Assembly (NCBI GenBank): GCA_041649495.1 | Contig: JBAZMZ010000003.1 | Location: 6,602 to 70,601, forward strand | Direction: 5' to 3' | Length of the DNA stretch: 64,000 bases | Source of the DNA: Minisyncoccota bacterium | GTDB lineage: Bacteria > Patescibacteriota > Minisyncoccia > Phycocordibacterales > XYD1-FULL-46-19 | Part shown: one piece after another, positions 46,430 through 55,494 of the stretch | Layout: every line of letters begins with the position of its first letter | How positions within the stretch are numbered: the first letter of the stretch is position 1 | Notes under the pieces: model-generated | The model's input: the letters and a program-made list of their open reading frames with translations, nothing else | The model's database searches: none | Told to the model about the DNA's origin: nothing | Position numbers and translations under genes: made by a program

Positions 46430-48235
46430 ATGACTTCTGAAGAAATCCGGCAAAAGTTTTTAAAGTTTTTTGAAGAAAGGGGACATCAGGTGATCCCCTC
46501 GGCCTCGCTCGTGCCCAGCGAATATGGCGACAATGGCACCCTCTTCACCACCGCTGGGATGCAACCATTAATTCCCTATTTATTGGGTAAACCACACCCG
46601 GCTGGCCAGAGAATTGTTGATATTCAAAAATGTGTGCGTACCGGCGATATTGACGAGGTGGGCGATAATCGGCACCTCACCTTTTTTGAAATGATGGGCA
46701 ATTGGAGTTTGGGCGATTATTTTAAAAAAGAATCGATCCCGTGGAGCTTCGATTTTTTAACTAATAAAGACTACGGTCTCGGCCTTGATCCGGCTCGTTT
46801 TTATGTGACGGTTTTCGCGGGCACCCCTTCGACAAGCTCAGGGCAAGCTAGTATTCCTCGCGACGAAGAATCAATCAAAATCTGGCAAGAAGTTTTTGCT
46901 AAATATGGCTTATCTAATGATGTCGCGGATAAAGATGGAGTAATAAAAAAAGACACAAGAATTATCCCACTTGGAGTTGACGACAATTTTTGGATTGCCG
47001 GTGCCACTGGGCCGTGTGGCGGTGATACGGAAATTTTTTATGATACCAAACCCAACGATGGCCCCCTTGATGGCAAATTTAGCGAGTTAGTTGATTCTTT
47101 TCGTTTGATTGAGGTCTGGAATAATGTCTTTATGGAGTTTAACAAGACTCCAGATGGTAAATACGAACCATTAGCGACAAAAAATGTCGACACCGGGATG
47201 GGTTTGGAGCGAATTACCGCGGTAATCAACAAATCAAATATTTTTGAAACCGACTTGTTTACCCCAATTATTAGCGAAATCCGGCAACAATCAATCAAGC
47301 TCAGCGAAAAAGGCATACGGATTGTCGCTGACCACGTGCGAACCGCGGTTTTTATGATTGCCGATGACGTCACTCCGTCTAATACCGACCGAGGCTATGT
47401 TCTCCGTCGAGTAATTCGTCGCGCCGTGCGTTATGCTGACCAAATGCAAGCCGATACTGATATTATGCGCCAAGTCGCCGAAGTGGTGATCGAAAAATAT
47501 AAGACAGCTTATCCCGCCCTCGACCAAAATCGCGAAAAAATTTTTGCTGAATTAAGTAAGGAGGAAGAAAAATTTAGAAAAACACTCGCCAACGGTCTCA
47601 AAGAATTTGAAAAAGGTCACGACCCATTTGATCTTTATCAAACCTACGGTTTCCCAATTGAATTGACCGAGGAATTAGCTCAAGAAAAAGGAATTAAAAT
47701 TGATCGCTCTACTTTTGACGAAAAAATGAAGCAACATCAAGAAATTTCCAAAGCTGGTGCGGACCAAAAATTCAAAGGCGGATTAGCAAGCACGGGCGAG
47801 ATGGAAACAAAATATCACACAGCTACGCACTTACTTTTAGCCTCCTTGCGACAAGTTTTGGGACAAGACATCACGCAAAAAGGGAGTAATATAACAACAG
47901 AGCGCTTGCGTTTTGACTTTAATTGGCCCGAAAAACTTTCGCCCGAACAAATTAAAGCGGTTGAAGATTTGGTTAATCAAAAAATTACCGAGAAAATTCC
48001 CGTCGAAAGGCTCGAATTACCCAAAGACGAGGCCAAAAAACTGGTCACCGTTCTTTCTTTTGACGAATCAAAATATGGCGACACGGTTAAGGTTTATAAA
48101 ATTGGTTCTTTCAGCACCGAATTCTGCGGTGGCCCCCATGTCACCAACACTGGCGATCTTGCTTCGACATTTAAAATTTTGAAAGAAGAAGCCATCTCCG
48201 CCGGCGTGAGACGAATTAAAGCAGTGTTGGAATAA
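46430..48235 (+). CDS. alaS: alanine--tRNA ligase, short form (catalytic plus editing domains, no C-Ala domain), with an SSGQA repeat insert
   Basis: Class II AlaRS N-terminus (FTTAGMQPLIPYLLG, NWSLGDYFK), editing-domain HxxxH (HTATHLL) and CGGPHV; 601 aa versus ~870 typical. Confidence 0.85.
   Translation: MTSEEIRQKFLKFFEERGHQVIPSASLVPSEYGDNGTLFTTAGMQPLIPYLLGKPHPAGQRIVDIQKCVRTGDIDEVGDNRHLTFFEMMGNWSLGDYFKKESIPWSFDFLTNKDYGLGLDPARFYVTVFAGTPSTSSGQASIPRDEESIKIWQEVFAKYGLSNDVADKDGVIKKDTRIIPLGVDDNFWIAGATGPCGGDTEIFYDTKPNDGPLDGKFSELVDSFRLIEVWNNVFMEFNKTPDGKYEPLATKNVDTGMGLERITAVINKSNIFETDLFTPIISEIRQQSIKLSEKGIRIVADHVRTAVFMIADDVTPSNTDRGYVLRRVIRRAVRYADQMQADTDIMRQVAEVVIEKYKTAYPALDQNREKIFAELSKEEEKFRKTLANGLKEFEKGHDPFDLYQTYGFPIELTEELAQEKGIKIDRSTFDEKMKQHQEISKAGADQKFKGGLASTGEMETKYHTATHLLLASLRQVLGQDITQKGSNITTERLRFDFNWPEKLSPEQIKAVEDLVNQKITEKIPVERLELPKDEAKKLVTVLSFDESKYGDTVKVYKIGSFSTEFCGGPHVTNTGDLASTFKILKEEAISAGVRRIKAVLE
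48183..48234. repeat. 52-bp direct repeat, copy 1 (native alaS 3' end)
   Basis: AAGAAGAAGCCATCTCCGCCGGCGTGAGACGAATTAAAGCAGTGTTGGAATAA; near-identical copy at 49283-49334 with 4 mismatches. Confidence 0.85.
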
Positions 48236-48239
48236 AAAA

Positions 48240-48509
48240 ATGCCCACTCTTGAAGAATTACAGCTAGAAGTTGAAGAAATAAAGAAGCGCAATGAACGCG
48301 TAGCAGGCGATAAGACGTGGGAAACAAGTTGGACCAGGAAATTTATCGTCCTGATTTTAACTTATATTGTTATTGTTATCTTTTTCTTGTTCGCCAATTT
48401 GCCCGAACCCTTTCTCAACGCGACTGTCCCAGCTCTCGCCTTTGTCCTCTCCACCCTGACCATCCCACTTTTCAAAAAATGGTGGCTAAAGCGATTTTGT
48501 AAAAAATAA
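48240..48509 (+). CDS. hypothetical small membrane protein (inside the alaS-flanked insertion)
   Basis: 89 aa, two TM helices. Confidence 0.35.
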   Translation: MPTLEELQLEVEEIKKRNERVAGDKTWETSWTRKFIVLILTYIVIVIFFLFANLPEPFLNATVPALAFVLSTLTIPLFKKWWLKRFCKK

Positions 48510-48616
48510 CCTCCATGGTAACATCCCTGATCGTCAGGGATGTTACCAGTTGAGACTTTTTCATTTTTCCACTTATTACTTAACACTTAATACTTATTAC
48601 TGTTATAATATCCTCA

Positions 48617-49092
48617 ATGTCCTCTTCTGGTAAAAAAGATGAGAGTAATGAAAGAATTCGTAACCAAGCCATTGAATTTGCTAAGCGTAACAAAAATAAA
48701 GTAGCTAAAGATTTTACCGATTTAAACAAATATCAACCAGATGAAGCGCCGATTGCCGTTTTTATGGCCGGGTCTCCGGGCGCAGGAAAAACAGAATTTT
48801 CGAAAAACCTAATCAATAACCTGAAGTTGCTTGGAGATTTACCCTTGCCAGAGAAATGGCCGAGGGTCGCAATATACCAAAATCTTCATTTATTGAACAA
48901 TTTTTAGGATCTCGAGATACGACAGAAAGGATCTCTAGAGAATTTGGCAACAAAGTGACCATTTTTCTAGTAAAAAAAGACTTTGAGAAAAACACAGTAG
49001 AAGACATCGTAGAGATAGGCGTTAATAAAGCAAAAATTGACGATCATATTGAAAAAAGATATACTAAAGAAGACTTAGAAAAGTATTTATGA
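48617..49092 (+). pseudogene. truncated/frameshifted P-loop protein (zeta-toxin/AAA-like)
   Basis: IAVFMAGSPGAGKTEFSKNL Walker A; the reading frame switches at ~48860-48905 (ORFs 48617-48907 and 48856-49092); the first 7 codons and promoter are duplicated from gene 51038. Confidence 0.4.
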
Positions 49093-49282
49093 AGCTCCTA
49101 AATTTATTTAAAAAACCCGAACAAAATAAAAAAACTGGCAAGTTTGCTGAGTTTTTTCTGTATGCACCAGAAATAGAAAAGAAAAAAGTAATCAGGGCTG
49201 CAGCCCAACGAGCTAATGAGGAACAACGAGAACTAATTGCAAAGTCAGCACACTAACCTCGGCCACTTTTTTCACATCACCA

Positions 49283-49334
49283 AAGAAGAAGCCATCTCCG
49301 CCGGCGTGAGACGAATTAAGGCGATTTTGGAATA
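49283..49334. repeat. 52-bp direct repeat, copy 2 (duplicated alaS 3' end)
   Basis: See 48183-48234. Confidence 0.85.
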
Positions 49335-49421
49335 AATAAGGTCGGATATTATATATAACATCTAAAATAATAGTCTTATCAATCAAACAGAAATTATTAT
49401 TTAATTCTTATTAAAACAACT

Positions 49422-49673
49422 ATGAAAAAACAATATCCCTTAGTTTTAATTTTATTGACGATTCTTATTTTAGGAAGTGCATTTTATTGGTATGAACTCC
49501 GTCCTGCTTCAATAAAAAAGGAATGTTATGGTAAGGCCAATGAAGCTAAAAATAATTTAAATAGCACATACAATGGTCTATTGCAAGACGGTGTGGGCGT
49601 GGCGGAACTAGATTTTGATAAATATTTAAAAGATGAATACGAAAAATGCTTAATGGAGAATGGAATTAAATAA
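49422..49673 (+). CDS. hypothetical small secreted protein
   Basis: 83 aa, N-terminal TM/signal. Confidence 0.35.
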   Translation: MKKQYPLVLILLTILILGSAFYWYELRPASIKKECYGKANEAKNNLNSTYNGLLQDGVGVAELDFDKYLKDEYEKCLMENGIK

Positions 49674-49775
49674 TAATTTTTGCTCTCGTTCCACTACAGC
49701 AAACTCAGTAATTTTTAGGCTAAAAAGAATAAGGGCGAGAAAACTTTATCTAAACCTATTAACTTCTTAACTCAC

Positions 49776-50321
49776 ATGTCAAAAAAGGATAAAAATTGGC
49801 AAAATAACGTTTTTATATACACTATTGTTGGTGTTATTATCCTATTAATAGGAGGATGTATTTCACATAATTTGTGGGAAAATAAAATTGATAAAAATAT
49901 AGAGGAACCAAAAATAAATGTCGAGGATGGTAATCTCGTCGTAGATTCTCCTAATTCTGTGAATGTTGCGGGAAATAATAATGTAGTAAATAAATTGAAT
50001 CTTCCTCCCCCTGAATTTAAGGCGACCATATTATCGCGAACCAAGACATACGAAGAAGGGGCATATCAAACTACTGTACGATTAGACATAATTTCCCGGT
50101 TTCCACTTCAAAGAATAGAGGTCGGTATTATTGATGATAATATTTTATCGATAGACGCTAGAAAAGATTCTGTAATTTCATCAATGCCAATAATGCAACA
50201 AATGCAAAGTGGGCAAGCACTTGTAAGTTTTGAAAATGCTATGGGTTCATATCTTTTAATTATAAAAACAAAAAACCAAGATACCGACCTATTATCAAAA
50301 ATCAAAATAAAATATCAATAG
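49776..50321 (+). CDS. hypothetical membrane-anchored protein
   Basis: 181 aa, N-terminal TM. Confidence 0.35.
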   Translation: MSKKDKNWQNNVFIYTIVGVIILLIGGCISHNLWENKIDKNIEEPKINVEDGNLVVDSPNSVNVAGNNNVVNKLNLPPPEFKATILSRTKTYEEGAYQTTVRLDIISRFPLQRIEVGIIDDNILSIDARKDSVISSMPIMQQMQSGQALVSFENAMGSYLLIIKTKNQDTDLLSKIKIKYQ

Positions 50322-50354
50322 TAGTTTTATCGCTTTTTCAAAAGCTTATCCCCA

Positions 50355-50865
50355 GCTTGTTTCAATAGCGGGTCGGGAGGTTCAACCTCCTCGCGGAAAG
50401 TAAATGTGTTGTAATTTAAATGTTAACCAAAATTTGCGATCGTTGGGAATGGTTAACATTTTTGGGAAAGCTTATCGCCAACTTAATTCTCGTTAACCAA
50501 AAGCTCCGCCGAGGTGATAAAACCTGGCGGAGCGTGAAGACAAACAATCTTGGAGAGAAGGAAGCTAGACGATGTTCCCATATCAACGGTGGCACAACAA
50601 GACCCCTCAGGGATTCCACGGTCCGTGAACCAAACGGGGTAGGCCCTTTTCCCCTCGCGACGATTCCCGTCTTTATCAAAAGTGGGAAAGAGCAATCCCT
50701 CGACAAGGTCTTCGTGGCCAGGTACACGGCTAGCACCAAGGGGAAGATCTCCCCCATACAGAGTTTGGTGGCTCAGAAACAATGACTGAGCCGAGATTCT
50801 TGAACGGACCAGAATATGGTCCACAAGATAACCCCTCCCCGCTATGGCATCTTCTCTCAAACACC
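50355..50865 (+). ncRNA. rnpB: candidate RNase P RNA (bacterial type A-like) with an AT-rich P3 expansion
   Basis: ~510 nt with no coherent ORF; 8-bp closing helix AUAGCGGG(50362)/CCCGCUAU(50852); GGAAAG near the 5' end; CGGUCCGUGAACCAAACGGGGUAGGC resembles the E. coli P15 region CGGCCCGUACUGAACCCGGGUAGGC; 3' UGGUCCACAAGAUAACCCC resembles UGUCCACGACAGAACCCGG (P18/P4 3' strand). Confidence 0.4.
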
Positions 50866-51037
50866 ACTGGATAAACCAGCAAATACCAGGATGTCCAGTC
50901 GACAATTTCGCTCACCTCCTTCCAGCTGTCAGTTAAGAACCCAAAAACAAAAAGAACACTTTTTGAAAAACTAATCCGAGCTTAGCTTTTTAATTTTAGA
51001 TTGTCAATAAAATTATTTCTTTGTTATAATATCCTCA

Positions 51038-52228
51038 ATGTCCTCTTCTAGTAAAAAAGACGAGTCTGAGGTTATTGGGATTATTGATTTGGGTAGCGCG
51101 CAAGTGAGCGGGGCGATTATTAAGTTGCAGAAAGATCGCGAGATTGAAAGTGTTTTGGCGCAAACTGATGAAAAAATCACTTACCAGGAATTGCCGGATT
51201 TCCCTCATTTTTGGGAAAAGACCAAACAGGCGATTCAAACAGTTTTGCGAGAGTTACGAGAGGGAACAAAAAATGTCAACACTGGTCAAAGTGGCAAACC
51301 AGAAAATCAGACAATCCGACTCGAGAAAATTTTCATTTTTTTGTCGTCACCTTTTTTCCAATCGCAAACTAAGGTAATTAAAGTCGATAATCCCACTCCG
51401 ATTAAAATTACTAAGAATTATCTGGCTGACTTAATCAAGCAGGCTGATAGTCAAAACAATTTGGGCGAAAATATCGTTATTCTAGAGGACAAAGTGATGC
51501 AGATCAAATTAGACGGCTATCTCACAACCTGGCCAATTGGCCAGAAGGCTAGGGAAGTGGTTTTGAATCGTTTTTTGAGCTGGGCTAACAAAGATTTATT
51601 GATTAATTTGCGCGATTTACTAAAAGCCGAATACGCCGAGGCCTCCGTCATTTTTAATTCCTTTTCTTTTGCGACTTACGATATTTTTAAAGATTTTTTG
51701 CCAGACAAAGATTTTATCTTGCTCGATACCGGCAACGAGATAACCGATGTTTTAGTTATCAAAGATCATGTTCTGGCGGAGCATTTCTCTTTCCCGAAAG
51801 GCAAAAATTATTTGATCCGCGAAGTCACCAAGGCCTTGGGCACGGTTTTGACCGAAGCCGAAACCTCTTTAACCCTTTACGCCACGGGCCAAGCCAATCC
51901 CCAGCTTAAGGTACGGCTTGAACCAGTCTTAACTCAAATTGCCCAATTTTGGCAAGCTGATTTCAAAAAAACTCTAACCCAAACCATCGAGACCACTTTT
52001 TTACCCGAAACGATTTACTTGATTGGCGACGATCCGACCGATAATATCTTCGCTCAATTTATTGACCAAGCCGATTTGAGCGAAGTGACCTTAAGCAACC
52101 ACAAATTAACAGCTATTTTCGTTGAAAAACTCTTAGCCGACGGCTTAACCCACTTGACGGGCCAAGCCCAACCACTTACCAACAGCTGGTTATTGGCTGA
52201 GGCCCTATTCTGTGCTAAACTAATTTAG
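51038..52228 (+). CDS. actin-like ATPase-fold protein (PilM/FtsA-like), hypothetical
   Basis: VIGIIDLGSAQVSGAII N-terminal phosphate-1-like motif and ILLDTGNEITDVLVIKD phosphate-2-like motif. Confidence 0.4.
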   Translation: MSSSSKKDESEVIGIIDLGSAQVSGAIIKLQKDREIESVLAQTDEKITYQELPDFPHFWEKTKQAIQTVLRELREGTKNVNTGQSGKPENQTIRLEKIFIFLSSPFFQSQTKVIKVDNPTPIKITKNYLADLIKQADSQNNLGENIVILEDKVMQIKLDGYLTTWPIGQKAREVVLNRFLSWANKDLLINLRDLLKAEYAEASVIFNSFSFATYDIFKDFLPDKDFILLDTGNEITDVLVIKDHVLAEHFSFPKGKNYLIREVTKALGTVLTEAETSLTLYATGQANPQLKVRLEPVLTQIAQFWQADFKKTLTQTIETTFLPETIYLIGDDPTDNIFAQFIDQADLSEVTLSNHKLTAIFVEKLLADGLTHLTGQAQPLTNSWLLAEALFCAKLI

Positions 52229-52269
52229 CCATTATTAATCTTTTCACCTTATTAATTTAATTTTTTATT

Positions 52270-53565
52270 ATGTCAGAAATTAAACCCAAAAAAAGTTTGC
52301 GTGATATTTTTCCCGAGAGTAACCATAGCGACAAACAAGACGAGATTGTGACTAATTATTACACCCCCAACTCTACCGGTGGGGGACGAAGTGGGGCCAA
52401 ATTCCAAGGCTGGTCTCTTAAAATTGTCGGTTTGATTGTAATTCTTTTGATTATTGCGGGCATTGGCTATGGCATTAGTACTCGATTTGCCCATGTTGTA
52501 GTTGAAGTTACCCCCAAACAAGGGCGCTTGCTCATCAGTAACGTTTATGAAGCGACCAGGGGCGGTCAGGCTGGTCTCAAATTTGTTTTGGCTTCCAATC
52601 TGCAAGACGAAGCCACGCTTTCCGTTACGACCACCGGCAAGGAGCAGGTTCAAGACAAAGCTCAGGGTCAGATTATCGTTTATAACAATAATAGCACTCA
52701 GGCCCAACCCCTCGTCGCCACGACTCGCTTCCAAACCTCGGCCGGGCTCGTTTACCGCACTCCCGTCGCCATTACTGTCCCGGGAATGACTAAGGATAGC
52801 TCTGGTCAAATGGTTCCTGGTCAAGTTGAGATTACTGTCGTCGCTGACAAAGCTGGTTCTGAATACAATGTTGGGCCAAGCGATTTCACCATCCCCGGTT
52901 TCAAAGGGAGTCCGAAATTTGATAAATTTTACGCCCGATCGAAGACGGCGATGACCGGTGGTTTCATTGGCGAGCGAGGCAAAGTGTCAGAAACAGACAA
53001 AGCCAAAGCCGAAGTGGATTTGAAAAAGCTCCTCACAACCAAAATTACTCAAAAGCTCAAGCCCCAGATCCCCGACGATTATGTGCTTTTTGACGATGCC
53101 ATTATTATGGATTTCACCGAGAGTATTTTGCCTACGACCGACACGCCAGACAAGGCCACTTTCAAAATGACGGTTAACGCCACGGGGATCCTCCTCAACA
53201 AAGGGGAATTGAGCCAATACCTGGCCAAGCAACAGGTTCCCGATTATCAAGACGAGCCGGTCAACATTACCAATTGGTCCCAACTCAAATTTACGCTCCA
53301 AAATAAGGATGATTTGAACCTCGGCAATCTCGAGAAAATTAGCTTCAAGCTTGAGGGTAATGGCCATTTGGTTTGGTCTTTCGACGAAAATAGCCTGAAA
53401 AATAAGCTCCGTTTAGCCACTGACGACAATTATCAAGCCATTTTTGACAAGGATTTTCCCACTATTCAGACCGCCAGCCTCGTCTTCTCGCCACCCTGGA
53501 TTAGGAGTATCCCCACCGACGAGTCGAAAATCGCAATTAAGGTTGAGGTGACAGAATCTCAATAA
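52270..53565 (+). CDS. hypothetical membrane protein
   Basis: 431 aa, single N-terminal TM then a large Thr/Gln-rich extracytoplasmic domain. Confidence 0.35.
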   Translation: MSEIKPKKSLRDIFPESNHSDKQDEIVTNYYTPNSTGGGRSGAKFQGWSLKIVGLIVILLIIAGIGYGISTRFAHVVVEVTPKQGRLLISNVYEATRGGQAGLKFVLASNLQDEATLSVTTTGKEQVQDKAQGQIIVYNNNSTQAQPLVATTRFQTSAGLVYRTPVAITVPGMTKDSSGQMVPGQVEITVVADKAGSEYNVGPSDFTIPGFKGSPKFDKFYARSKTAMTGGFIGERGKVSETDKAKAEVDLKKLLTTKITQKLKPQIPDDYVLFDDAIIMDFTESILPTTDTPDKATFKMTVNATGILLNKGELSQYLAKQQVPDYQDEPVNITNWSQLKFTLQNKDDLNLGNLEKISFKLEGNGHLVWSFDENSLKNKLRLATDDNYQAIFDKDFPTIQTASLVFSPPWIRSIPTDESKIAIKVEVTESQ

Positions 53566-53622
53566 AAGTCTTAAGTGGCTTGACTTGTGACCGATTAATT
53601 TGCTAGGATAAACAGGTCAGAA

Positions 53623-53844
53623 TTGGCAATGGATAAAGTTGAAAAAAAAGAAACGATCAACGGTGTAGTAACCGAGGCTTTGCCTAATGCCCAATTTCGA
53701 GTCAATATCGGCGAAGGAGGAGAAGTGCTGGCTTATTTAGCTGGCCGAATGCGCCTTCATCGCATCCGTGTCCTAGTGGGTGACAAAGTAGAGCTCGTCC
53801 TTGACGACTACGGCGGTCGAGGTCGGATCACTCGGCGTTCCTAA
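53623..53844 (+). CDS. infA: translation initiation factor IF-1
   Basis: S1-like fold sequence GVVTEALPNAQFRVNIGEGGEVLAYLAGRMRLHRIRVLVGDKVELVLDDY. Confidence 0.85.
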   Translation: MAMDKVEKKETINGVVTEALPNAQFRVNIGEGGEVLAYLAGRMRLHRIRVLVGDKVELVLDDYGGRGRITRRS

Positions 53845-53859
53845 GTTAGAAAATTTTTT

Positions 53860-53976
53860 ATGAAAATCAGATCAACCATCAAAAAAAGATGCGCTAAATG
53901 CAAAATGGTCAAACGCCGAGGCCATCTTTATATTATTTGCCCCAGTAAACCCCGCCACAAGCAAAAACAAGCTTAA
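53860..53976 (+). CDS. rpmJ: 50S ribosomal protein L36
   Basis: MKIRSTIKKRCAKCKMVKRRGHLYIICPSKPRHKQKQA (38 aa, C-x2-C..C..H zinc ribbon); too short for the supplied ORF track. Confidence 0.8.
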   Translation: MKIRSTIKKRCAKCKMVKRRGHLYIICPSKPRHKQKQA

Positions 53977-53982
53977 ATCGTT

Positions 53983-54363
53983 ATGCGTATTGCCGGTATC
54001 AACATCCCCGATAATAAACGTCTCGAATACGCCCTAACGGCGATTTATGGTATTGGTTTGGTGCGTGCTCGCCGAATTTTGGCCGAAGCTAAGGTCGCCG
54101 TTGACAAACGCGGACCCGACGTAACCGCCGAAGAAGAAAATCGCATCCGTAAAGTTGTTGACAGCTACAAGATTGAGGGCGACTTAAAACGTGAAATCTC
54201 GGGCAATATCAAACGACTTAAAGATATCAAGAGTTATCGTGGCTCCCGCCATGCGCGTGGTTTACCTAGTCGAGGTCAACGAACCAAGACTAATTCGCGA
54301 ACACGTCGGGGCAACGTCCGCAAGACCATAGGTTCAGGTAAGCGCAAGGTAGATAAAAAATAG
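53983..54363 (+). CDS. rpsM: 30S ribosomal protein S13
   Basis: MRIAGINIPDNKRLEYALTAIYGIGLVRARRIL. Confidence 0.9.
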   Translation: MRIAGINIPDNKRLEYALTAIYGIGLVRARRILAEAKVAVDKRGPDVTAEEENRIRKVVDSYKIEGDLKREISGNIKRLKDIKSYRGSRHARGLPSRGQRTKTNSRTRRGNVRKTIGSGKRKVDKK

Positions 54364-54387
54364 TATTTAGTATTTTGTATATAGCAT

Positions 54388-54816
54388 ATGGGAAAGAAAA
54401 GAATTATCAAAAAATCAGGCCAAACATCAACCGGCAAAACCGCAGGGAGTTCTCGCGTACCCAAGAAAAAGTTGGAACGAGCGATTTTGCATATCGAGGC
54501 CACCTACAATAACACCAAATTGAATTTAACTGATCCCGAAGGTGGTTCGCTGGTCTGGTCTTCGAGCGGATCGCTTGGCTATTCCGGCTCCAAGAAGGGG
54601 ACACCATTTGCCGCCGGCAAGGTGGGCGACTTGATTGCTGACAAAGCCATCAGTATGGGGGTTAAAGATATTGAGGTGATAATTCGAGGGGTTGGTGCTG
54701 GTCGTGAGGGCGCGATGCGCGCGGTCGCGGCCAAAGGCCTTAATATTGCCTCGATTAAAGATCGAACCCCGGTTCCGTTTAATGGCCCCAAGGCGCCTAA
54801 GCCAAGACGAGTCTAA
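54388..54816 (+). CDS. rpsK: 30S ribosomal protein S11
   Basis: HIEATYNNTKLNLTDPEGGSLVWSSSGSLGYSGSKKGTPFAA. Confidence 0.9.
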   Translation: MGKKRIIKKSGQTSTGKTAGSSRVPKKKLERAILHIEATYNNTKLNLTDPEGGSLVWSSSGSLGYSGSKKGTPFAAGKVGDLIADKAISMGVKDIEVIIRGVGAGREGAMRAVAAKGLNIASIKDRTPVPFNGPKAPKPRRV

Positions 54817-54825
54817 AAAAATATT

Positions 54826-55440
54826 ATGAAACTAGGACCAAAATTTAAAATTTGTCGACGGGTAGGTGATCGCGTGTTTGGTAAATGCCAAGGCACTAAA
54901 TTTACCGTCTCTGGGACCGAAGCGGTTCGTCGTGGTGGCAAACATCCCAAGCGTCAACCGTCCGAATACGCGATGCAACTTTTGGAGAAACAAAAAGCTC
55001 GTTATACTTATGGTTTAACCGAGCGACAATTCGGCAATTATGCCCGCGCCGTCCGTCTCAAACATGGAGGCGACCACGTCACGTTATTGTTCAAAAAACT
55101 TGAGTCTCGTTTAGACAACATTGTTTATCGTCTGGGTTTGACCAATTCCCGCCAAGCTTCCCGTCAAGCCGTCGCCCATGGCCATTTCTTGGTCAATGGT
55201 CGCAAAGTTCGAGTCCCTTCGATTTTATTGAAAACCGGCGACAAGATTGCGATTCGACCGGCCAGTCAAAACAAAGGTATTTTTGCCAATCTCGGCGAAA
55301 AAATTCAGGGCCATCAAACCCCTGAATGGCTATCGTTTGATGTCGAAACCTTAACCGGCCTCGTCAAGGGCGAACCGGTCAAAGGTCAAAGCGATGCCAC
55401 CATCGATTTTAGTTCCATTTTGGAATTTTATAGTCGTTAA
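54826..55440 (+). CDS. rpsD: 30S ribosomal protein S4
   Basis: LESRLDNIVYRLGLTNSRQASRQAVAHGHFLVNGRKV (S4 domain). Confidence 0.9.
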   Translation: MKLGPKFKICRRVGDRVFGKCQGTKFTVSGTEAVRRGGKHPKRQPSEYAMQLLEKQKARYTYGLTERQFGNYARAVRLKHGGDHVTLLFKKLESRLDNIVYRLGLTNSRQASRQAVAHGHFLVNGRKVRVPSILLKTGDKIAIRPASQNKGIFANLGEKIQGHQTPEWLSFDVETLTGLVKGEPVKGQSDATIDFSSILEFYSR

Positions 55441-55494
55441 AAAGTTTATCCATATTACCAATAGGTCATTTAGTTTGAATAAACAATAAATATT

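Noticed and set aside
50378-50400. tmRNA-like T-arm GGGAGGTTCAACCTCC
   Set aside because: Not followed by CCA and no tag-peptide reading frame nearby; more consistent with a P3-proximal hairpin of the candidate RNase P RNA.
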